Virus record (IMG/VR): IMGVR_UViG_3300045988_020338
Location: 1-42,491 of that record
Origin: a virus
Reading direction: 5' to 3' (one strand)
Length of the DNA stretch: 42,491 bases
The position numbers were made by a program, and so were the translations under genes. Under the pieces are notes generated by a model, which was not told the origin of the DNA, did not search any database, and was given only the letters and a program-made list of their open reading frames with translations. Positions 33,146 to 39,760 of the stretch are shown in pieces. How positions within the stretch are numbered: the first letter of the stretch is position 1; the number at the start of each line of letters is the position of its first letter.

Positions 33146-33336
33146 TGCCTACTTTCTACCCATCAAATTCGCAAGACCGAATAAAAACCGAAGCAGAGCG
33201 GAAAGACCATGAGCGGCAGCAAAAAGAACAAGCAGAAAAAGAACACCGCGAGAAAATGCGGTTTATTATTACTGCTGTTCTTTCTGGCATTGCGGCGCTC
33301 GCTGCTGTTGCAGGAGTGATAATTCAACTTGCTTGA
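33145..33336 (+). CDS. Small tail-anchored membrane peptide
   Basis: 63 aa. TAATG overlap with the upstream gene. Charged N-terminal half, then C-terminal TM FIITAVLSGIAALAAVAGVIIQLA. Confidence 0.55.
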   Translation: MPTFYPSNSQDRIKTEAERKDHERQQKEQAEKEHREKMRFIITAVLSGIAALAAVAGVIIQLA

Positions 33337-33460
33337 GCGCGATTAGCGTGTCAATCTTGTCAGAGATTTCCTTCAATCCAAATACAACGTCGTTGATCTG
33401 GCCTTTCATGATGATGCTGTTCTCTGCCAGTTTGGAAATGTCAAACTCATAGCCCTTCAT
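33269..33460 (-). CDS. Small hypothetical protein (63 aa), second gene of a convergent pair
   Basis: Trimmed to ATG 33460 (AAGAGGTG upstream, ATGA overlap with the upstream gene). Its 3' end overlaps the plus-strand gene 33145..33336 by 68 nt. Confidence 0.5.
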   Translation of the reverse strand: MKGYEFDISKLAENSIIMKGQINDVVFGLKEISDKIDTLIALKQVELSLLQQQRAPQCQKEQQ

Positions 33461-33645
33461 AGCACACCTCTTTCTTTTAATTTTGAAAATACTTCTGCGC
33501 AATCCGCAGGGGTTAACTGGTCTATCATTTCAAGGATTTGTTTGCGCAAGCTCTCAAGGCAATTTTGATCGTTCGTACTGGGTTTATAGCCTTTCCGCAT
33601 AATCTGTTTTTTTATTGTACCATCTTTTGCACTATTACACAACAT
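33457..33645 (-). CDS. Small hypothetical protein (62 aa), first gene of a convergent pair
   Basis: Trimmed to ATG 33645 (GGAGGG 8 nt upstream). A TATAAT box lies on the minus strand at 33669-33664. Confidence 0.5.
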   Translation of the reverse strand: MLCNSAKDGTIKKQIMRKGYKPSTNDQNCLESLRKQILEMIDQLTPADCAEVFSKLKERGVL

Positions 33646-33730
33646 TTTGTGTCCCTCCAAGTAATTATAGTAACGGGCCTATATGTCGATTGTCGCACAT
33701 AGCGGTGCAAGCATCAATATTTCGAAGTAA

Positions 33731-33770
33731 AGGCCCCGCCGCCCTCTGCAACAAACGGCGGGGCCTTTTT
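33731..33770 (+). terminator. Rho-independent terminator (plus strand)
   Basis: 11-bp stem AGGCCCCGCCG (33731-33741) / CGGCGGGGCCT (33756-33766), 14-nt loop, T-run to 33770. Confidence 0.7.
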
Positions 33771-33934
33771 GCAGCCAGCGGGAAGCGGTCGCCGCTGCAT
33801 GTCTTGACCATACTCCGCTTTACCTTGGTAATTCAACACCGAAACATTGCAATAAGACAGCGCTCGACGCAGTTCGACAAGCCCTCATCTTGCGACTTCG
33901 CGGCGCAAAAATCGGAAAAATTAAGGTGGCATAA

Positions 33935-34306
33935 ATGAACATTCAAGAAGTGTGTAAATCCCGTAAAGAAGAACTGAAACTAACCTATCAGGACATTTCC
34001 GATGCTTCCGGCGTGCCGCTGTCCACTGTGCAGAACTTCTTTTCCAAGTTTTCTAAAGCTCCGTCTATCTACACCGTTGCGCCGATCTGCAAAGCGCTTG
34101 GAATTTCGCTTGATGAAGCGTTCGGAATTTCCGAACACTTGACACCAACCGAGGAAACCTTGCAAGCGCGGAATGATGAGCTGGAACGCCACGTGGACGC
34201 AAAGGCCGATACCATCGAGATCATGCGGCGCGGTGTCCGTATCCGAAACGGCGTGATTGCTATAATGTTTGTCATTATCGTTCTACTGGCTGTATGGTGC
34301 TTGTAG
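33935..34306 (+). CDS. Membrane-anchored XRE-family HTH regulator
   Basis: 123 aa. LTYQDISDASGVPLSTVQNFFSKFSKAPSIYTVAPICKALGISLDEAFG (HTH_3-like), a short coiled coil, then C-terminal TM VIAIMFVIIVLLAVWCL. Lies 20 nt upstream of the integrase start. Confidence 0.7.
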   Translation: MNIQEVCKSRKEELKLTYQDISDASGVPLSTVQNFFSKFSKAPSIYTVAPICKALGISLDEAFGISEHLTPTEETLQARNDELERHVDAKADTIEIMRRGVRIRNGVIAIMFVIIVLLAVWCL

Positions 34307-34326
34307 ATTGATTGGAGGGGGATTTG

Positions 34327-35625
34327 ATGAGAGCGGCACTATATATCCGCGTTTCCAGCGAGGAACAAGCGCGGCATGGTCTATCATTACAAGAGCAGCG
34401 GGATGCGCTGGCAAGATATGCCAAAGCGAATAAAATGACCGTGGTGGGCATATATGAGGACGCGGGCATATCCGCGCGAAAGCCGTACAAAAAGCGCCCC
34501 GCGCTCCTGCGGCTGCTGGACGATTGCAAGGCGGGAAAGGTGGACACGATCCTGTTTATTAAACTCGACCGATGGTTTCGAAATGTTGCTGGATATTACG
34601 ATGTGCAGACGCAGCTCGACCGGTACGGCGTAACGTGGCAAGCGACGGAAGAGGACTACGAGACGCGCACCGCATCAGGGCGATTGAAGGTCAATATCAT
34701 GTTATCCGTCGCGCAGGACGAAGCCGACCGCACGAGCGAGCGAATCAAATTTATCAACGATGGCAAAAGGGCAAAAGGGCAACCGGCAGGCTCAAAAGCG
34801 CCTTTAGGGTATATTATCAAGGACAGGCAATACCAAATTGATAACGACACAGCAGACGCGGCGCGAGATATGTTTGCCGCATATATCCGCCTGAAAAGCG
34901 TCCTTGCTGTAAAACGATATATGCTCGACACATGGGGAATTGACCGAGCATATAACAAGTATGTCAACTATTTCCACAACCGGCTTTACATTGGCGAGGT
35001 GTACGGCATCGAAAACGCTTGCCCCTCGTTGGTGAGCAAGCAAGACTTTGACCTTGTAACTGATGTTTCCCGCCAGCGGTCACAGCGCTGTGCCGGAGTT
35101 GATGTGGATCGCGTGTATCTGTTCTCGGGGCTTTTGCATTGCAAGGAATGCGGAAGGACAATGCAGTCGGAAACCGCAAAACAGATATATACATATTACC
35201 GTTGCCGGACGCGGATGCTTGACAACTCCGCTTGCCTGCACATGAAGAGGATCAGGGAAGACTTGCTGGAAGAATACCTATTGCACGAGCTTGTTGGGAT
35301 TGCGGAGCGGAACAATCGGTATTACAAAAAGGCCAAAAAAAAGCCCACGCAGAGCGCGGACGCGATACGAAAGAAAATAGGCAAGCTGAAAACGCTGTAT
35401 CTAAATGATTTGATCGAGCTGGACGATTACAAGGCAGAATACGCGAGCCTGAAAAAGTCCCTTGAGACCGTGGAAGAAAAGCCAAAGACAGACCTTGATG
35501 CCTTGAGAAACGGGCTGGGCGAATATGATACATACTCGAGGGAAGAAAAAAAGGAATTCTGGACGCGCTTCATCAGGAGGATTGATGCAGACAACGATGG
35601 CGCGTTTTTCGTAACGCCGCGTTAG
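34327..35625 (+). CDS. int: Large serine recombinase (integrase)
   Basis: Trimmed to ATG 34327 (GGAGGGGG upstream). MRAALYIRVSSEEQARHGLSLQEQRDAL...GISARKPYKKRPALLRLL...VDTILFIKLDRWFRN is the resolvase catalytic domain. It is followed by the recombinase domain and a Zn ribbon (CKECGRTM...YYRC). Confidence 0.9.
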   Translation: MRAALYIRVSSEEQARHGLSLQEQRDALARYAKANKMTVVGIYEDAGISARKPYKKRPALLRLLDDCKAGKVDTILFIKLDRWFRNVAGYYDVQTQLDRYGVTWQATEEDYETRTASGRLKVNIMLSVAQDEADRTSERIKFINDGKRAKGQPAGSKAPLGYIIKDRQYQIDNDTADAARDMFAAYIRLKSVLAVKRYMLDTWGIDRAYNKYVNYFHNRLYIGEVYGIENACPSLVSKQDFDLVTDVSRQRSQRCAGVDVDRVYLFSGLLHCKECGRTMQSETAKQIYTYYRCRTRMLDNSACLHMKRIREDLLEEYLLHELVGIAERNNRYYKKAKKKPTQSADAIRKKIGKLKTLYLNDLIELDDYKAEYASLKKSLETVEEKPKTDLDALRNGLGEYDTYSREEKKEFWTRFIRRIDADNDGAFFVTPR

Positions 35626-35669
35626 GTATATTTTACTTTCACGTTCGCAAAGGTAAAGTATGCCTAAAA

Positions 35670-35698
35670 GATACCCCCGCCTTTGTGACGGGGGTATC
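35670..35698. terminator. Bidirectional GC hairpin between convergent int and the cargo cluster (also an attP-core candidate)
   Basis: GATACCCCCG (35670-35679) / CGGGGGTATC (35689-35698) with a 9-nt loop. T-runs follow on both strands (CTCATTTTT on plus, CTTTTAGG on minus). Confidence 0.65.
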
Positions 35699-35699
35699 C

Positions 35700-36020
35700 T
35701 CATTTTTCGAGCTTCCGCATGACGCTATTATAGACGCGCTCGTTTACAATTTTCAAGCTGTCCATCAGTTCGTCCATGATCTCCCACGCTTTGTCCGGCG
35801 AAACATCTGCCACTGCGCGCAAAAAATCGCTGTCGCCGTATGTTTCGACGTTGACCGGCGCGGGTGCTGCGGAGTATGCCATTGGCAAAGCCATCTCTCT
35901 GCTGCCGCTTTGCTGGTCACGGATGGCATACAGCACGGCAAGGCGCTCATAGTTTGTCCAACTCGATTCCTCTGTTTCAAGGCGAGCTATCCAGCGATTG
36001 ACCTCATTCTCGTCGACCAT
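35700..36020 (-). CDS. Hypothetical protein (cargo cluster, last gene)
   Basis: 106 aa, AAGGGGGTG upstream. Confidence 0.6.
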   Translation of the reverse strand: MVDENEVNRWIARLETEESSWTNYERLAVLYAIRDQQSGSREMALPMAYSAAPAPVNVETYGDSDFLRAVADVSPDKAWEIMDELMDSLKIVNERVYNSVMRKLEK

Positions 36021-36035
36021 AGGGGCGCACCCCCT

Positions 36036-36443
36036 TTAGCCCTCAATCGTGTCCATGCAGCGCTGGATGGCTCTGCGGATGCTTTCATCGTCGGCGTTGT
36101 CCAACATTTCCTGCAACTGGCGTTTCATGTTGTCGATGCCGCCGTCACGGGAATAGTGGCCGCGCACATAGTGCGTACCGCGTCTCGCGTTGGACATATC
36201 ACGGTCATAAACGCCGCGCATACCCGACTGCCAGTCTCCGCCGCGGGAATAGCGGCGAGAATAGTCTTCATCGCGGGAATAGCCGTCGTCCTCCAACATC
36301 TCAATCTTATCGATGTTCTTGATGGTGTCCGTCAGCTTGTGCGCAATTTCGAGATCGCCCGCGCCAAGCTCGCCCTTACGTGCCAGCTCGTCGAGTTCGT
36401 CGCACAGCATATTGCGCAGATCATACATTGCTTTCTTGCTCAT
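36036..36443 (-). CDS. Hypothetical protein with Arg/Tyr/Asp/Gly-rich linker (cargo cluster)
   Basis: Trimmed to ATG 36443 (AGGAGC-ATG-GAC-ATG). MSKKAMYDLRNMLCDELDELARKGELGAGDLEIAHKLTDTIKNIDKIEMLEDDGYSRDEDYSRRYSRGGDW... Confidence 0.55.
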   Translation of the reverse strand: MSKKAMYDLRNMLCDELDELARKGELGAGDLEIAHKLTDTIKNIDKIEMLEDDGYSRDEDYSRRYSRGGDWQSGMRGVYDRDMSNARRGTHYVRGHYSRDGGIDNMKRQLQEMLDNADDESIRRAIQRCMDTIEG

Positions 36444-36456
36444 GTCCATGCTCCTT

Positions 36457-36879
36457 TCATGCGATTCTCTCAACCGTGAGATTGCTGTTAGCAAAATTCA
36501 CGGCCTGAGCGCTTGTGTTTTTCATCGCGACAGTTACGCAGCAGCCCTTCGGGACGCTCACTTGCGCGCTGACATACACGTTGAAATAGTTCTCCACCGC
36601 AGCAGGGGTAACGGTCGCCGTAGCGCTGTTGAGTGCCTCGCCGTTGACGGCAAGCGCCGCCGTGATGGCCTCGACCGTGCCCCCGGTAGGGATGGCGATG
36701 TTCCCACCATAAGAAATTTTGTAGAGAGCGCGGCACTGGTTAGTCAGCCCGCGCAAAGTTACCAAACCGGCCCCGGCACGGTGAACGATACACGGCTTGC
36801 TATTGACCGCCGTTTCGGTCAGTGGGACGTTCTGTCCGGCAGAGACCAAAGCAATGATAGGATTACTAAACTCAGCCAT
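36457..36879 (-). CDS. Beta-rich protein, possibly TNF/C1q-like (BclA C-terminal-like) jelly roll
   Basis: Trimmed to ATG 36879. 140 aa. ...LVTLRGLTNQCRALYKISYGGNIAIPTGGTVEAITAALAVNGEALNSATATVT...VTVAMKNTSAQAVNFANSNLTVERIA resembles the alternating pattern of BclA-C-type domains. This rests on memory only. Confidence 0.5.
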   Translation of the reverse strand: MAEFSNPIIALVSAGQNVPLTETAVNSKPCIVHRAGAGLVTLRGLTNQCRALYKISYGGNIAIPTGGTVEAITAALAVNGEALNSATATVTPAAVENYFNVYVSAQVSVPKGCCVTVAMKNTSAQAVNFANSNLTVERIA

Positions 36880-36886
36880 ACTGGTA

Positions 36887-37084
36887 TCACTCCTTCCTCT
36901 GATTTGCCCCAAAAGGGGCAAACGCACCATTTGCAATCATTTCCGCGTAGCTGGGTGCAAATAATTCGTCCGCTTTACGTAAAAGATCGGCATAATTGCT
37001 AAGCTCGTACATGCTCATTTTACTCTTGTCCAGAGTTGCAATGTGATCGACAAATTCCTGCTTGAGTTCGTCAACCGTTTTCAC
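36887..37084 (-). CDS. Small helical hypothetical protein (cargo cluster)
   Basis: 65-aa ORF. Confidence 0.5.
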   Translation of the reverse strand: MKTVDELKQEFVDHIATLDKSKMSMYELSNYADLLRKADELFAPSYAEMIANGAFAPFGANQRKE

Positions 37085-37236
37085 AAAATCATTCCTTCCT
37101 AAAGGGGTCGATTTCGACCCGGTTAAAATACAGCGGCGGAGCTATTGCCCCGCCGCGTTGTTGTAGTATCGGCACGGGGCCGACCATTTTGTTGACGTCA
37201 ACAAAATCATCAACAAAAAGCTATGCTATGCAGTTG

Positions 37237-38049
37237 TCAGCAGCCGCAACCGTTGCAGCTGTACTGATTTCCACATCCAGTGTACTGGTACGGAGCAGGG
37301 ACGCTGAACGAAGGAACGGGACGCGGATTGTAATACGCGAACTGTGCGCTAACATAGTTGCGCATATCAAGCGTCTGAGCAGACTGAGAGGCCGCGAGGT
37401 CAGCGGCAAAAAGACGCTGGTTCTGCTCGGCAATCTTGGCGTCCTTTGCCGCGATCTCCTGGGCGGTAAGGCGCTGCTCAATGCTGCGGAAACCGCAGTT
37501 CATGGCATCAATGATGTCACGGGTGTTCCCCTGAATCAGGTTGCGGGTCTCGCTCCCCTGTGTGGCGAGGTTGTAGTTGATCCCCTGAATCGCTTCGCGA
37601 AGATCGCAGCAGCAGCCGGCCATTTGTGACTGCAGGGCGCTAAACTGCTGCATAAACGCCATCTGCTGGTTACACCGGGCAACTTCCGCCTGTGAGAACC
37701 CGCTGGTCACGGTCTGCGTCACCCCGGCAAAGCCGTTGAGCATCCCGGTATTCATGGCGTAAAAGCCATCACAGATGCCTTGCTGGGTAATATCGCTCTT
37801 GCGCTCAATCGTGGACGCCGCGCTGTCAATCTGGCGCTGGAGAGTAGCAAAATCGCTGGCGAGGACGTAATTGTCCATAGCGCCACCGCCACCTCCCCAA
37901 CCGTTATTGCCCCAGCCTCCGCACACGGCAAAGATCAGGAACAACACAATGAGCCAAACACCGCTGTCACCGCCCCAGCCGAAACCGCCACCGCTGTTGG
38001 TAGGCGCAACCGGCATAGTCATCATGGGAGCACCGTCGGAAAGAGACAT
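37237..38049 (-). CDS. Gly/Trp-rich membrane protein with CCC motif and Cys-rich C-terminus
   Basis: 270 aa, AAGGAG upstream. GGGFGWGGDSGVWLIVLFLIFAVCGGWGNNGWGGGGG; central ...QMAGCCCDLREAIQGINYN...; C-terminus YQYTGCGNQYSCNGCGC. Confidence 0.7.
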   Translation of the reverse strand: MSLSDGAPMMTMPVAPTNSGGGFGWGGDSGVWLIVLFLIFAVCGGWGNNGWGGGGGAMDNYVLASDFATLQRQIDSAASTIERKSDITQQGICDGFYAMNTGMLNGFAGVTQTVTSGFSQAEVARCNQQMAFMQQFSALQSQMAGCCCDLREAIQGINYNLATQGSETRNLIQGNTRDIIDAMNCGFRSIEQRLTAQEIAAKDAKIAEQNQRLFAADLAASQSAQTLDMRNYVSAQFAYYNPRPVPSFSVPAPYQYTGCGNQYSCNGCGC

Positions 38050-38109
38050 AAAATCACTCCTTAAAAAAATTTATCAAATCGTGGCCACGATGTTGATTTG
38101 TGTTGATAA

Positions 38110-38316
38110 TTACTGCATCAGGCTTTGAAACTGCTTCGCCATCTGCTGTAGCTGGTTGAGCTGCGCCTGCGAGAGTTTGCCGCTTTGCAAGAGCTTTTCG
38201 ACCTCCGCTTTGGGGTCACCATGAAAATTTGCCTTGAATTGCTGGAACTGCTGCATCATCTGCATGAAGCCGTTCCCGCCGCCGAGCGCACCAAAAAAGG
38301 GATTATTCATCGTCAT
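38110..38316 (-). CDS. Small Gln/Met-rich protein
   Basis: 68 aa (or 66 from ATG 38310). NPFFGALGGGNGFMQMMQQFQQFKANFHGDPKAEVEKLLQSGKLSQAQLNQLQQMAKQFQSLMQ. Confidence 0.55.
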   Translation of the reverse strand: MTMNNPFFGALGGGNGFMQMMQQFQQFKANFHGDPKAEVEKLLQSGKLSQAQLNQLQQMAKQFQSLMQ

Positions 38317-38734
38317 CGTCCTCCTTGCGCTTCTTTTTGCCCTTTATTTCGCCCACAAGCGCCGCCAGCGCATCAAACTCCTCACGGGTGACAAACTTAT
38401 CATCCATTTTTTTAGTATCATGAGGTTTGTTTTCAGTTTCTTCCGTGTAATTAAACGTCCTCATTGGAATAGGCGTGCCGCTTGCGTCTCGCTCCTTGAT
38501 GTGGAAAACCATCGAGTTTGTTTCAAAGATAATTACTCGAGAATTTGGTGCGACCATAAACCCGTTTGCTTCTTCTTTTCCTCCGCTAATCCATACAACG
38601 CTTGTCTGCATTTGCTGCGGTTGAGCCGTTTGCGCAGGCATTTGTGGCTGCATCATCTGCTGTTGCCGCATCTGCATGAGATTGTCCGGCATCGGCTGAC
38701 CGTAATAGGGATTAAAATAAGGATTGTAAGCCAT
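38303..38734 (-). CDS. Protein with Gln/Met/Pro-rich N-terminus and small beta domain
   Basis: 143 aa, GGAGGAATAAGAA upstream. MAYNPYFNPYYGQPMPDNLMQMRQQQMMQPQMPAQTAQPQQMQ, then VVWISGGKEEANGFMVAPNSRVIIFE..., then a Lys/Asp-rich tail. Confidence 0.65.
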   Translation of the reverse strand: MAYNPYFNPYYGQPMPDNLMQMRQQQMMQPQMPAQTAQPQQMQTSVVWISGGKEEANGFMVAPNSRVIIFETNSMVFHIKERDASGTPIPMRTFNYTEETENKPHDTKKMDDKFVTREEFDALAALVGEIKGKKKRKEDDDDE

Positions 38735-38737
38735 TTC

Positions 38738-39121
38738 TTATTCCTCCGTTTCTTTTACCCAGTAATAAAGCGGGATTTCGTTCTCGCTGTTCCAACTGTC
38801 GTAAATTACACCATCCTGCACGCAGACCACATGACCGGAGAGGGCGAGAATATACGTTCCACGCGGGTGCTCGTCGGCAAACTTACCAACCGTGTAGCAG
38901 TCGGGGCAGGTGTCCGGCATGATATAGCGCCGATACCCAAGCGATCGCAGATACGCGCCCCAACAGGCATTTGCATTGGGAAGATCGCCGTCTAAGTATC
39001 CCTGTATGCACAGAGCCAAATAAACTTCGCCCCAGTCCTTCCCCGTCGCCTTGCAGATCGCGCGCACGGTGCAATCGGACACATTACGCCCAGTGGGATT
39101 TGGATTGAAATAGCTATACAT
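38738..39121 (-). CDS. Putative papain-like cysteine peptidase-fold protein
   Basis: Trimmed to ATG 39121. MYSYFNPNPTGRNVSDCTVRAICKATGKDWGEVY...YTVGKFADEHPRGTYILALSGHVVCVQDGVIYDSWNS. The conserved DC...GH...D spacing is reminiscent of Cys/His peptidases. This rests on memory only. Confidence 0.5.
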   Translation of the reverse strand: MYSYFNPNPTGRNVSDCTVRAICKATGKDWGEVYLALCIQGYLDGDLPNANACWGAYLRSLGYRRYIMPDTCPDCYTVGKFADEHPRGTYILALSGHVVCVQDGVIYDSWNSENEIPLYYWVKETEE

Positions 39122-39236
39122 GGAAAAGCTCCGCAAAATAGACGTAAGTGCGCAGCTCGTCGGGGTCTGGAAACAGTGTCAAAATGTCCATTGCCATCTG
39201 CTCGGTAAATCCCAAAGCTAAAAGTCGGTCGTACAT
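39114..39236 (-). CDS. Small hypothetical protein (40 aa)
   Basis: Not in the ORF track. ATG 39236 with GGGGGTG upstream. MYDRLLALGFTEQMAMDILTLFPDPDELRTYVYFAELFHV*. 8-nt overlap with the next gene. Confidence 0.4.
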   Translation of the reverse strand: MYDRLLALGFTEQMAMDILTLFPDPDELRTYVYFAELFHV

Positions 39237-39267
39237 CGCCACACCCCCTTTGTTGTTTATATGGTAC

Positions 39268-39295
39268 AAAAAAACGGGCGCTCAAAAGCGCCCGT
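39268..39295 (-). terminator. Rho-independent terminator (minus strand) after the sigma-4-like gene
   Basis: ACGGGCGC (39274-39281) / GCGCCCGT (39288-39295), 6-nt loop. On the minus strand it is followed by U7 (39274-39268). Confidence 0.75.
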
Positions 39296-39415
39296 AAAGT
39301 GTATGAAAAGTGCGTCGAAAATCGTCGAACGATTCTGCTTGTCTTTCCACATGAAACATGATATTTTAATTTTGCAGGTTCTTCCCGGCCTACTTTTTAC
39401 ACAAAAGAAATTGCC

Positions 39416-39676
39416 TCACCATTTGGTGGGGCAATTTCTTTTTTCGTGTTGGTCTGATGAAATTTTGTGGTACGCCCGCTGCCGGTATTTTTTCACCGCG
39501 TCAACGGACAAGTTATGCTCTATTGCGACCTGTACGCAGCTTTTCCGCCGCACATCGCACTCGATGATGCACGCCGTCTCGTCAGGCGGCAATTCGAGGG
39601 ATAAGATATATTCGATGGCTCGCCGGGGAGCCATCGCGGATAACTCCGCCCGGATACGCTTGTGCTGACTGTTCAT
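39416..39676 (-). CDS. Sigma-70 region-4-like small HTH protein
   Basis: 86 aa. AIEYILSLELPPDETACIIECDVRRKSCVQVAIEHNLSVDAVKKYRQRAYHKI resembles a region-4 / YlxM-type HTH. Confidence 0.55.
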   Translation of the reverse strand: MNSQHKRIRAELSAMAPRRAIEYILSLELPPDETACIIECDVRRKSCVQVAIEHNLSVDAVKKYRQRAYHKISSDQHEKRNCPTKW

Positions 39677-39760
39677 GCCCCGTGCGGGACGTTGCAGAGC
39701 GCTTGCGCGTGGCTTTCGCCGTCCGTGCTCCTTCCTTATTTTTTCAACCGCTCCAACAAA

